A stretch of DNA of 64,000 nt from the NCBI GenBank assembly GCA_900540495.1, contig UQGA01000001.1, forward strand, positions 170,535-234,534. Reading direction: 5' to 3'. The stretch comes from an uncultured Eubacteriales bacterium (GTDB lineage Bacteria > Bacillota > Clostridia > Christensenellales > CAG-138). Positions 29,214 through 37,951 of this stretch are shown in pieces; the stretch's first letter is position 1; every line of letters begins with the position of its first letter. The notes beneath the pieces are model-generated. The model ran no database searches, was not told the DNA's origin, and saw nothing but the letters and a program-made list of their open reading frames with translations. A program made the translations under genes and the position numbers.

Positions 29214-32200
29214 TCAGCCGGCTGCCTCGCCGAAGCGCGCGGAGACGATCTTGCTGACGCCGCGCTCCTCCATCGAGACCCCATAGAGCGAATCGCAAAC
29301 CTCCATGCTCCCCTTGCGGTGCGTGATGAGGATGAACTGCGTTTCGCCGGAATACGATTTGAGATACTCCGCAAACCGCGAAACGTTGACCTCGTCGAGC
29401 GAGGACTCGATCTCGTCAAGAATACAGAAGGCGGGCGGTTTGAGTTGCAGCATCGCAAACAGCAGCGCAATGGTCGTCAGCGCCCGCTCGCCGCCGGACA
29501 GGAGCGAGAGCAACTGCAGCTTCTTGCCCGGCGGCTGCGCGATGATGTCGATGTCGCAGCCGAGCACGTCGCTGCGGTCCGCAAGGCGCAGCTCCGCATG
29601 GCCGCCGCCGAACAGCTCGGCAAACACGCGCCCGAAATTCTCCTGAATGGCGTTGAACTGCCGCTCAAACTCGTTCTGCATGGTCCCGGTCAACTCCGCG
29701 ATGAGCGTTTCCAGATCCTCCTTGGCATGGCGCAGATCCGCGCACTGGCCCGAGAGCGCCTCGTGCCGCTCGGATACAGCGCGATAGTCCTCAATGGAGG
29801 AAAGGTTCACATCGCCCATCTCGCGCAACTCCTCCCGGATCGCACGCACGCGCGCGCCGGCAGGGCCGACGGCGATCTCGTGTTGCAGGGGAAGCGCGTT
29901 TTCATAGGTGAGCTCATACTCCTCCCAGATGCGGTCCTGCATGGCGGCAAGCTCCATCTCGCTGCGGCTCTTCTGCAGCTCCTGCCGGTGCCTGCGCTCA
30001 CCCACATCGCGCAACGATTCGAGCGCCTGCTCGCGCCGCTGCCGGAGCTCGGAGAGCGACTCGGCGCAGGCCGCGCGCTCCTCCTCCAGCCTGCGCTGGG
30101 CTTCCTTCTGTTCGCCCGTTTCCCGCTGCTCCCGCTGCACGCTCCGCTGCATCGCGGCCAGGCGCTCCTCCATCTCCCGGAGCTGCCCGTCCGCGCGGGC
30201 AATCGCCCCATCATGCCGCTCGATCTCGCGGCAGGCATCCCCGTGTTCGGCGGTCAGGCGCCGCCGCTCCGCTTCCACGGCGTCCTGCTCCTTCTGCAGC
30301 GCCACCAGCCGCACCTTCTGGGCGGTCAGTTCCTGCGAAGCCGCCTCGCGCGCGGCGCGCTTCTGCGTCAGCGCCGCCTGCGCGCGCTGCACATCCTCGC
30401 GGGACGCCGCATTGCCGGATTCGATATCGTGCTGCAGCGCCGTCGCTTCCTCGCGCTGGCGGCCGATATCCGCAAGGTTCTCCACAAGCTGCTGCAACTC
30501 CAGCTCCAGCCGGTCGCCCTGCTCGCCGCTGCGCTCGCAATCGCGCGCTATGATATCCAGTTTTTCGCTCTGCCGCGTAAGCGCCAGCTCCCGCTCGTGC
30601 AGTTCCGTGCGGAACGCCTCCGCCTGCATCTCCGCAAGCAGCATTTCCCTGCCCAGCGCATCTGCCGATGCGGCGAGCGCCTTGAGCTGCTTCTCCTTCT
30701 CGGACAGCGTCTGTTGCAACTCCTTGAGTTCCCGCTCGCGCCCGAGCAGGGACAGGGTGCGCTTCTGCCGGCTGCCGCCGCTCATGGCGCCGCCGGTGCT
30801 GATGATGTCGCCCTCCAGCGTGGCGATATGAACTGCGCCGCCGGTCCGCTTCTTGAGCGCAATGCCCGCCGCAAGATCCTCCACGATGGCCGTCCGGCCC
30901 AGCAGGTATTCCAGCACCGGGCGCATGGGGGCGTCGCAATCGACCAGTTCCGATGCAAGCCCCAGGCAGCCCTCCGCATGCAACTGCGCGCGCTCGCGCT
31001 CGCCCAGCGGCGTGCTGTGCAGCAGCGCCACCGGCAACAGCGTGGCGCGCCCGTAATCCTTGCGGCGCAGGTATTCGATCACATAGCGCGCATCCTCCGC
31101 CGTCGGGGTAACGATGTTCTGCAGGGAGGACCCGAGCGCCATCGTCACCGCCGTTTCAAAACGCTTCGGCACCCGGATGAGTTCCGCAACCACGCCGATG
31201 ATGGATGCGGCAAGGCGGTCGTCGCGCGCCGCATCGTCCATGATGTTGCGGATGCTCGCATAATATCCCTCGCGCGAACGCACCATCTCCTGCAGCAGGC
31301 GCAGCCGCGAGCGCACGCTGCCCAGCTCCTGCTCCAGCGCATGCCGGGCCTCCACCGTTTCGGCGTGCCGGCCGGCCAGCGACGCACGGTTCTGCTGCGC
31401 CTCGTCGAGATGTGCCGCCGCTTCGTCGCGCGCGGCGGTCAACGCGGCAAGCGCATCCTGCGCCTCCCTTCGCTCGGCCTCCAGCGCGTCGGCCTCGTCC
31501 GTCCGCTCCTGCTGGCGCTTGCGGATCTCCTCCATGCGCTCGGCAAGGGCGGCGGCCATCGCGTCAAAGCGGGACAGACCGCTCTTGGCGTCGGCCAGGC
31601 GGTTCATCGCCTCCATGATCGCATTCTTCTGCTCCTCGAGCGCGCGTTCGGCTTCGGCAAGCGCCGCATCCTGCGCGGCAAGCGCGGCCTCCGCTGCCGC
31701 CACATCGCGCGCAAGCTGCGCATGGGCGGCGGCCGCCGCCTCATCGGACGACATGCCGGCAAGCGTCGCCGCCAGCTCGTCCCGCCGGGCCGTCATCTCG
31801 TCCCGCGCGCGCGCCGCCCCCTCGCGCTCGGCCTGCATGTGTTCGCGGCGCTCCAGCAGCACGTTGTATTCGCCCACGTGCGCTTCCACGCCGGAAAGCG
31901 CGGCGATGAGCGCGTTCTGCTGCTGCATGAGCGCGGCGTCCATCTCCGACAAACGCTGCTCGAGCGCAGCCGTCTCCTCCTGCAATTCGTCGGAGAGCGC
32001 CTCGTCGCGCGCCTGTTCCGCCGACAGGGCCGCCAGCGTTTCGCCAAGCGCGGCAAGGCGCTCCTGCGCGCGCGAATACTGGTGCAGGAACAGGTTGATC
32101 TCAAGGTCGCGCAGCTCGTCCCGCAGCTTCAGGTAAGCCCGCGCGGCGGCGCTCTGCTGCTCAAGCGGCGCAAGCCGGTCGGTCAGTTCCGACAGGATGT

Positions 32201-32777
32201 CCTCCAGCCGCTCCAGATTCTTCTCCGTATGCTCGAGCTTGCGGACCGCCTCCTCCTTGCGCACGCGATAGCGCATGACGCCGGCCGCCTCCTCGAGCGC
32301 GGCGCGCCGCTCGTTCGATTTGTTGGACAGGATCTCATCCACGCGTCCCTGCCCGATGATGGAATATCCGTCCCGGCCAACGCCGGTGTCCCGGAACAGC
32401 TCGACGATATCCTTCAGCCGGCAGGCGTTGCGGTTGATGCAGTACTCGCTCTCGCCGCTGCGGTACACGCGGCGCGTGACGGCCACCTCGGCATACGGCA
32501 CGTTGAGCTTGCCGTCGCCGTTGTCGAACGTAAGCGTCACCTCGCAAAACGCCTGCGCACGGCGCTGCTGCGTGCCGCTGAAAATCACGTCCTCCATGCG
32601 CGTACCGCGAAGAGCGCGCGCATTCTGCTCGCCCAGCACCCAGCGCACCGCATCCGCGATGTTGCTCTTGCCGCTGCCATTGGGGCCGATCACCGCCGTA
32701 ATGCCGTCGCCAAATACCAGCTCCGTCCTTCTGGCGAAGGACTTGAACCCGTTGATCTCCAGTTTTGTCAGCCGCAT
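29214..32777 (-). CDS. smc: Chromosome segregation protein SMC
   Basis: 1187 aa with Walker A GPNGSGKSNIADA, long Ala/Glu/Arg coiled coils around a hinge, signature LSGGERAL and Walker B ILDEIES. Confidence 0.97.
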   Translation of the reverse strand: MRLTKLEINGFKSFARRTELVFGDGITAVIGPNGSGKSNIADAVRWVLGEQNARALRGTRMEDVIFSGTQQRRAQAFCEVTLTFDNGDGKLNVPYAEVAVTRRVYRSGESEYCINRNACRLKDIVELFRDTGVGRDGYSIIGQGRVDEILSNKSNERRAALEEAAGVMRYRVRKEEAVRKLEHTEKNLERLEDILSELTDRLAPLEQQSAAARAYLKLRDELRDLEINLFLHQYSRAQERLAALGETLAALSAEQARDEALSDELQEETAALEQRLSEMDAALMQQQNALIAALSGVEAHVGEYNVLLERREHMQAEREGAARARDEMTARRDELAATLAGMSSDEAAAAAHAQLARDVAAAEAALAAQDAALAEAERALEEQKNAIMEAMNRLADAKSGLSRFDAMAAALAERMEEIRKRQQERTDEADALEAERREAQDALAALTAARDEAAAHLDEAQQNRASLAGRHAETVEARHALEQELGSVRSRLRLLQEMVRSREGYYASIRNIMDDAARDDRLAASIIGVVAELIRVPKRFETAVTMALGSSLQNIVTPTAEDARYVIEYLRRKDYGRATLLPVALLHSTPLGERERAQLHAEGCLGLASELVDCDAPMRPVLEYLLGRTAIVEDLAAGIALKKRTGGAVHIATLEGDIISTGGAMSGGSRQKRTLSLLGRERELKELQQTLSEKEKQLKALAASADALGREMLLAEMQAEAFRTELHERELALTRQSEKLDIIARDCERSGEQGDRLELELQQLVENLADIGRQREEATALQHDIESGNAASREDVQRAQAALTQKRAAREAASQELTAQKVRLVALQKEQDAVEAERRRLTAEHGDACREIERHDGAIARADGQLREMEERLAAMQRSVQREQRETGEQKEAQRRLEEERAACAESLSELRQRREQALESLRDVGERRHRQELQKSRSEMELAAMQDRIWEEYELTYENALPLQHEIAVGPAGARVRAIREELREMGDVNLSSIEDYRAVSERHEALSGQCADLRHAKEDLETLIAELTGTMQNEFERQFNAIQENFGRVFAELFGGGHAELRLADRSDVLGCDIDIIAQPPGKKLQLLSLLSGGERALTTIALLFAMLQLKPPAFCILDEIESSLDEVNVSRFAEYLKSYSGETQFILITHRKGSMEVCDSLYGVSMEERGVSKIVSARFGEAAG

Positions 32778-33505
32778 GGCGCATCCTCCCCCGCCTCCGA
32801 CGCTTCTCCACGCGCCAATGCCTGCAGCGCCCGCTCGGCCGCCTGCTGGCCGGCGCTCTGCTTGGTCCCGCCCTCGCCGCGACCGATCTCACGCTCGCCG
32901 AGCAGCACGCGCATGGTAAAGGCCTTGCTGTGATCCGGCCCGGCCGCGGCGACGAGCTCGTACCGGAGCTTGCCGATATGCCGTTTTTGCACGTATTCCT
33001 GCAGGCGGGTTTTGAAATCCCGATCCTGTGCAGCCACGGCCTCGCGTTCGAGATGCCGTACGATATGTTCGTTGACAAACGCGCGCGCACACGGCAGCCC
33101 GCCGTCCAGATACACCGCGCCGATGAGCGCCTCCAGCGCATCGGACACGACGGACGGCTTGTCGCGCCCGCCGGACCGTTCCTCGCCGTGGCCCAGCCGC
33201 AACGCATCCGCAAGGCCGATATGCTGCGCCGCAAGGAACAGCGCGCTCTCACACACGAGCCGCGCGCGGCGGCGCGTCATCGCACCCTCATCCATGGCGG
33301 GCGTGGCGGCATACAGCCGTTCGCTCACACAGAGCTCCAGCACCGCGTCCCCCAGGAACTCGAGCCGCTCGTTGTGCGCGGCGCTCTCGCCATCGCCCTT
33401 GACAAAGGACGAATGCGTCAACGCCGTCATCAACAGCTGGATGTCGCCAAATGAATACCCGATCCCCCGTTGCACGCGCTCCAGCAGCTCTTCCCAATGC
33501 TCCAA
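32768..33505 (-). CDS. rnc: Ribonuclease III
   Basis: Signature NERLEFLGDAVLEL and a C-terminal dsRBD. No in-frame ATG is available, so the start is placed at TTG 33505, 6 nt after GGGGAGGG. The track start 33610 overlaps acpP. Confidence 0.85.
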   Translation of the reverse strand: MEHWEELLERVQRGIGYSFGDIQLLMTALTHSSFVKGDGESAAHNERLEFLGDAVLELCVSERLYAATPAMDEGAMTRRRARLVCESALFLAAQHIGLADALRLGHGEERSGGRDKPSVVSDALEALIGAVYLDGGLPCARAFVNEHIVRHLEREAVAAQDRDFKTRLQEYVQKRHIGKLRYELVAAAGPDHSKAFTMRVLLGEREIGRGEGGTKQSAGQQAAERALQALARGEASEAGEDAPCG

Positions 33506-33527
33506 ACCGATTCCCTCCCCATTCTGT

Positions 33528-33558
33528 GAAAACGCCCGCACCGATTGGATGCGGGCGT
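33528..33558 (-). terminator. Terminator/attenuator hairpin between acpP and rnc
   Basis: Minus strand ACGCCCGCA-tccaatcgg-TGCGGGCGT (9 bp), followed by TTTTC. Only ~22 nt, containing the SD, separate it from the rnc start. Confidence 0.55.
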
Positions 33559-33575
33559 CCCGTCTAAGCAACTGC

Positions 33576-33800
33576 TCAGCGCTTCTCCAGGAAATTGACG
33601 ATATCCGCAACGGTCTGCACCTTGGGCAGATCCTCGTCGGGGATCTCCACGTCGAACTCCTGCTCGAGGTCCATGACCAGCTCCACGATGTCCAGCGAAT
33701 CGGCCTTCAGATCGTCGATAAGACGGCTTTCCATGGAGATGGCTCCCGGATCGATGCCCAACTGGCGGGCGATGATCTCGCACACTTTATCAAAATACAT
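33576..33800 (-). CDS. acpP: Acyl carrier protein
   Basis: [21 protein letters not shown]...[16 protein letters not shown] carries the DSLD phosphopantetheine site. ATG 33800 follows GGGAGAAGG; the track start 33824 is less well placed. Confidence 0.93.
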   Translation of the reverse strand: MYFDKVCEIIARQLGIDPGAISMESRLIDDLKADSLDIVELVMDLEQEFDVEIPDEDLPKVQTVADIVNFLEKR

Positions 33801-33903
33801 GTCCTTCTCCCTCTCATTCTCCATAAATCGATATCGTTATGAGTCCGGCAGGCGCCTCAGACGCGCTGCAACGGAGTTATTTTATATGAAGCGGACGATA
33901 ATG

Positions 33904-34905
33904 TCAATCCTCGGCCGGCAAAGCGGCGAGCGCGTCCGCAATGCGCGCCGTAACGCCGCCCATGACGAAGCGCTCCGCCTGCAGGAGCGCGTTTTCAAAC
34001 GCGCGCGCATTGGAGCTGCCGTGCGCCTTGATAACGCCCCCCTTCACGCCGAGCAGCGGCGCCCCGCCATGCTCGGTGTAATCGAGCGCATGTTTGAGCT
34101 TGCGCAGCGCCGGCCGGGCCAGCGCAGCGCCCGCCTTTGTGCGCAGCGAGGAAACAAGGCCCTCGCGCAACATGGCCATCATGGCGGCCGCCGTGCCCTC
34201 GATGCCCTTGAGCAGCACGTTGCCGTCGAACCCGTCGCACACCAGCACGTCCACCCCGCCCATAAGCGCGTCGCGCGCCTCGCAGTTGCCGGCAAAGCGC
34301 ACCGGGGTTTCCAGCAGCAGCGCATGGGCGGCGCGGGTCAGCTCGTTCCCCTTTTCGGCTTCCGCGCCATTGTTGAGCAGCCCCACGCGCGGGGCCTCTA
34401 CCCCCTGCACGCAGGCCATATACGCCGCGCCCATCAGCGCAAATTGTTGCAGATAAACGGGCTTGCAATCCGTATTGGCGCCGCCGTCGAGCAGCAGCAC
34501 ATGACCGCCCGTCACCGTCGGCAACAGCGGCGCAAGCGCCGGGCGTTTGACGCCGTCGATGCGGCGGATGATGAGCGTTGCAGCCGTGAGCAGCGCGCCC
34601 GTGTTCCCGGCCGATACGACGCATTCGGCCTCCCCGTCCGCCACAGCGCGCACGGCGCGCACCAGCGAGGAATCCGTCTTGGCCCGGATGGCGCGCGTGG
34701 GCGACTCGTCGCAGCCGATCACCTCGCTCGTGGGCACCGCCCGGAGCCGCGCTGCGGCCTCGCCGGCGGCGCAGCGAACGGCGCGCTCGTCGCCAAAGAG
34801 CAGGAGTTCCGTATCCGGCAAAAGGCGCTTGAGCGCCAGCAGGCAGCCCTCGATCACCGCATCCGGCGCGTGATCTCCCCCCATGACATCCACGGCTATC
34901 TTCAT
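33904..34905 (-). CDS. plsX: Phosphate acyltransferase PlsX
   Basis: Track ORF trimmed to ATG 34905 (MKIAVDVMGGDHAPDAVIEG), the canonical PlsX N-terminus, with a GGGAGGGAA SD. Confidence 0.95.
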   Translation of the reverse strand: MKIAVDVMGGDHAPDAVIEGCLLALKRLLPDTELLLFGDERAVRCAAGEAAARLRAVPTSEVIGCDESPTRAIRAKTDSSLVRAVRAVADGEAECVVSAGNTGALLTAATLIIRRIDGVKRPALAPLLPTVTGGHVLLLDGGANTDCKPVYLQQFALMGAAYMACVQGVEAPRVGLLNNGAEAEKGNELTRAAHALLLETPVRFAGNCEARDALMGGVDVLVCDGFDGNVLLKGIEGTAAAMMAMLREGLVSSLRTKAGAALARPALRKLKHALDYTEHGGAPLLGVKGGVIKAHGSSNARAFENALLQAERFVMGGVTARIADALAALPAED

Positions 34906-35010
34906 CAGCGTGTTCCCTCCCGAAAGGAATCTCTCAACGGAAAAAAGACCCTCACCCGCGGGATGAAAGTCTCTGTGCAAAGGACGGGCGCAAAGAACCG
35001 GCGCGCACGA

Positions 35011-35211
35011 TTACGCGTTCTTCTTTTCCTTTGCGTCCATGTCGATGACAAGCTTGCCATCGTAATACCCACAGCTCTTGCAGACGGTATGCGACGGCTT
35101 GAGCGCGTGGCACTGCGGGCACTCCGTCAGGTTCGGCTGCTCCAGCTTGAAGTTGTTCGCCCTGCGCGAATCCCGCCTGGCCTTTGAAGTTTTTCTCTTG
35201 GGTACGGCCAT
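35011..35211 (-). CDS. rpmF: 50S ribosomal protein L32
   Basis: MAVPKRKTSKARRDSRRAN... with CPQC...CKSCG. The SD is AAGGAGGTG. Confidence 0.96.
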   Translation of the reverse strand: MAVPKRKTSKARRDSRRANNFKLEQPNLTECPQCHALKPSHTVCKSCGYYDGKLVIDMDAKEKKNA

Positions 35212-35223
35212 GATCCCACCTCC

Positions 35224-35727
35224 TTACTGATCGTTTCCAAAGTCGTGCAGCGCGGCGAACGCCCCGATGGGGCGCGCCGGCGTACAGGCACAGGCCGTAT
35301 GGTTGCGGTTGACGCCGCAAACGGGGCACAGCCCCTTGCAGTCCGGCCGGCAGACGCTCGCCAGCGGCAGTTGCAGGAACAGGTTGTCCATTACCGCCTG
35401 CGCGAGCGAAAGAACGCTGCCCTCATACGGGTAGCTCTCATCCTCCGGCCCCAATTCGGAAGCCTTGACAAACCGCTCCGAGAAGTCGAACGCCAGCGGC
35501 TCCGAGAACGGCTCGTTGCAACGGGCGCAGACCGAATGCAACCGGGTCTGCACCGTGCCGTCCACCAGAACGGCCTTCCCGTCGAACACATACCGACCGG
35601 CGACCGACAGCGGCGTCTCAAACGCCACCATGCGCCCGCCGAACGACTGCAGGCCGACCGGCTCCTCCAGCGCAAAGGAGAACGATTCGCCCGGCTGCTT
35701 GAGCGCAGATGCGATCTGCAGTTCCAT
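35224..35727 (-). CDS. yceD: YceD-family (DUF177) protein
   Basis: Start at ATG 35727 (MELQIAS...), 7 nt after GGAGG. The C-terminal Cys cluster (CRPDCKGLCPVCGVNRNHTACAC) is typical, and the gene lies upstream of rpmF as in most bacteria. Confidence 0.88.
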   Translation of the reverse strand: MELQIASALKQPGESFSFALEEPVGLQSFGGRMVAFETPLSVAGRYVFDGKAVLVDGTVQTRLHSVCARCNEPFSEPLAFDFSERFVKASELGPEDESYPYEGSVLSLAQAVMDNLFLQLPLASVCRPDCKGLCPVCGVNRNHTACACTPARPIGAFAALHDFGNDQ

Positions 35728-35757
35728 AGGCATTCCTCCAAAATACGACCATCGATT

Positions 35758-35786
35758 ATTGTATCGAGTGCGCCGGCGTTTGTCAA
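35758..35786 (-). promoter_or_regulatory. Sigma-A promoter of the yceD-rpmF-plsX-acpP operon
   Basis: Minus strand TTGACA-17 nt-TACAAT. Confidence 0.55.
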
Positions 35787-35870
35787 CAGCAATTCTGTCC
35801 CAAATGCCGCGAAAACGCCGAAATAACGCATTGGCGGCCGCTCGGTCCATTCGGACGCGCCGGTGGCGCA

Positions 35871-35897
35871 TAAAAACGAATCGGGCCTTCCGGCCCG
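35871..35897 (-). terminator. Terminator after the DivIVA-like gene
   Basis: Minus strand CGGGCC-ggaa-GGCCCG, followed by ATTCGTTTTTA. Confidence 0.5.
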
Positions 35898-35933
35898 CAT
35901 CTGCTCCTTCCCCGGCACGCCGTCGCTTGCGCG

Positions 35934-36656
35934 TCAGGCTGTTTCCTGCGGCGCCTTTGCCTCCGCAGATTCCGCCGAGTTCCCGGCTGCCGCTGCATCC
36001 GCCGGGGGTTCCTGCGCCGCAGCCGCTGTTTCATCGGCGTCGGCATCGGTTTCCGCCCCCTGCGGCGCTGTCTCGGCCGCCCCGGCAACCGCTTCGGCGT
36101 CCTCCTGAAACGCTTCTGCGGCGTCGCCGGCCGCTTCGGCGTCCTCCTGAAACGCTTCCCCTGCGTCGCCGGCCGCATCCGGCGCCCGGCCCGTGGCCTC
36201 CTCCGCCGCGGCAGGGGAATCCTCCGCCGCAGCCTCCGGCTCTGCCGCCCCGTCCCCGGCTGCTCCGTCCGCCGTCTCGGCCTGCGGCGCCGCGTCATAC
36301 AGCTCGTATTCCTCGAGCACCTGCGCCTCGCCCGCCGCCTCCGGCGCCGGCTCCTCTTCGGCATCCGCCGGGGGGACGATCGGATTGACGTGCATCGCGC
36401 GCGTGCGCGGCGCAGCGGCGCGCCGCACCGCCTCGACCGATTCGCGCAACTGCCTGTCCGCATCGCCGGCAATGTCGTCAAACTGCTCGAGCTCGCGCAG
36501 GAGGTATTCCATCGCGGTCAGCATCTCCTGCCGCTCCCGCTCGTAGACCTCCATCTGCTCGATGATCTCGTCCAGGAAATAGTCCACCTCGCGCATGTCG
36601 TAGCCCATGAACGCACGGGAGAATTCCTTCTTGACGATGTCCTCAATGCCGGTCAT
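35934..36656 (-). CDS. DivIVA-domain protein with a long acidic Ala/Glu/Asp-rich tail
   Basis: The N-terminal ~60 aa (IVKKEFSRAFMGYDMREVDYFLDEIIEQMEVYERE) form the DivIVA lipid-binding/coiled-coil start. The remaining ~170 aa are low complexity. Confidence 0.85.
   Translation of the reverse strand: MTGIEDIVKKEFSRAFMGYDMREVDYFLDEIIEQMEVYERERQEMLTAMEYLLRELEQFDDIAGDADRQLRESVEAVRRAAAPRTRAMHVNPIVPPADAEEEPAPEAAGEAQVLEEYELYDAAPQAETADGAAGDGAAEPEAAAEDSPAAAEEATGRAPDAAGDAGEAFQEDAEAAGDAAEAFQEDAEAVAGAAETAPQGAETDADADETAAAAQEPPADAAAAGNSAESAEAKAPQETA
36089..36172 (-). repeat. Two tandem 42-nt in-frame repeats inside the DivIVA-like tail
   Basis: Units 36089-36130 and 36131-36172 differ only at 4 nt (tgcg vs ccct). 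They encode AGDA(A/G)EAFQEDAEA twice. Confidence 0.9.
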
Positions 36657-36671
36657 GCTGTGTCACCGCGC

Positions 36672-37157
36672 CTACATATCGTATTCGTCCTCGCCGTTGC
36701 CCACCACGTCGTAGTTGTTGGGCGCCACGACGAAGATGCCGCGGGAGATCTTGGACATGGTGCCGTTGAGCGCATAGACGGCGCCGGAGAGGAAGTCCAG
36801 TATGCGCTGGGCGCACTCGATCTCCAGCTCCTCCATGTTGACGATGACGGGCTTGCGATTCTTGATGTTGTCGATGATGTTCTGCGTATCCTCATAGCTC
36901 ACGGGATGATAGACGATCATCTTCATGCCGCCGGATACGGGCAGGCCGCCCGCCTGATGCTGTTGCGCACGGTCATGCTGGGCGCGTCGGGCGGGTGCGG
37001 ATGCGGGTGCAGCCGACGATCGGTTGTTGAAGTCTACGACATTGTCGTTCCCCCGGCGAGCCGGCGGCTCGTCGCGGTAGTAGTTGTCCTCATCGTCGAT
37101 ATCGTCCGTCTCCTCGATGCCGATGAAGTCCAGAAATTTGTTGTACAGGCTCGCCAT
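36672..37157 (-). CDS. sepF: Cell division protein SepF
   Basis: 161 aa. The N-terminal MASLYNKFLDFIGI membrane-targeting helix is followed by a conserved C-domain (VYHPVSYEDTQNIIDNIKNRKPVIVNMEEL...RILDFLSGAVYALNG). Confidence 0.93.
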   Translation of the reverse strand: MASLYNKFLDFIGIEETDDIDDEDNYYRDEPPARRGNDNVVDFNNRSSAAPASAPARRAQHDRAQQHQAGGLPVSGGMKMIVYHPVSYEDTQNIIDNIKNRKPVIVNMEELEIECAQRILDFLSGAVYALNGTMSKISRGIFVVAPNNYDVVGNGEDEYDM

Positions 37158-37210
37158 CCTGTCCCCTCCGATCCAAAAAGTGATACGTTATCCCCCGCCA
37201 TGCGAAGGGA

Positions 37211-37951
37211 TCAAGCCTGATTCGTCCGGCGTGCGCCGAAGATGCCCGTGCCGATGCGCACCATCGTGGCCCCTTCCAGAATGGCCGCCTCGAAATCATG
37301 GGTCATGCCCATGGAGAGCTCCGTCAAGGGGAGCTCCGGGTGCCCGGCCTTCGCCTGTTCCAGCAGGCCGCGCAACGCCGCAAAATACGGGCGCACCGCA
37401 TCCGGCTCCGGAAGGGCCGGCGGCACGCACATAAAACCGCGCACGCGCAGATTCGCCATTGCGGCCGTCTCATCCAGCAGGCGGAGCGCTTCATCCACGA
37501 CTACGCCGCCCTTTTGCGCCTCCGCGCCGACATTGACCTGCAACAGCACCTCCTGCACCACGCCGAGCGCTTCGGCACGGCGCTGGAGCTGTTGCGCCAA
37601 CGGCAACCGGTCAACCGAATGAATGAGTGCCGCCGCGCCACAAACGTATTTTATCTTATTCGTTTGGAGTTGTCCAATAAAATGAGCCCTGCAACCGTGC
37701 TGTTCAAAAAAAGTTAACTTTTCCGAAAACTCCTGCGCGCGGTTTTCGCCCGCATCGCGCACCCCTGCCTCCAAAGCATGCGCGATGCGCGCCGGCTCGA
37801 CAAACTTGGTGACGGCGATCAGCCGGACATCCTCCTCCCGCCGGCCGGCGATGGCGCAGGCGCGCGCCATGCGCGCACGCACCTCCTGCAAACGCGCCTG
37901 AATGTCCGCCCGGTCGGCAAGCTCCGTTACCGCATATCCCGTTTCGCTCAT
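37211..37951 (-). CDS. yggS: YggS/YlmE-family pyridoxal-phosphate homeostasis protein
   Basis: Motifs: LIAVTKF (PLP Lys), GENRAQE, HFIGQLQTNKIKY and ELSMGMTHDFE. Confidence 0.93.
   Translation of the reverse strand: MSETGYAVTELADRADIQARLQEVRARMARACAIAGRREEDVRLIAVTKFVEPARIAHALEAGVRDAGENRAQEFSEKLTFFEQHGCRAHFIGQLQTNKIKYVCGAAALIHSVDRLPLAQQLQRRAEALGVVQEVLLQVNVGAEAQKGGVVVDEALRLLDETAAMANLRVRGFMCVPPALPEPDAVRPYFAALRGLLEQAKAGHPELPLTELSMGMTHDFEAAILEGATMVRIGTGIFGARRTNQA

Noticed and set aside
29319-32933. 1204-aa plus-strand ORF.
   Set aside because: It is antisense to smc, with low-complexity Arg/Leu/Ala/Gln content. The minus-strand frame encodes a textbook SMC protein.
34921-35010. T-rich tract (GGGTCTTTTTTCC on the minus strand) between rpmF and plsX, considered as a terminator.
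   Set aside because: I could not find a stable stem preceding the U-tract. The CCCGCGGG palindrome cannot form a hairpin with an adequate loop.
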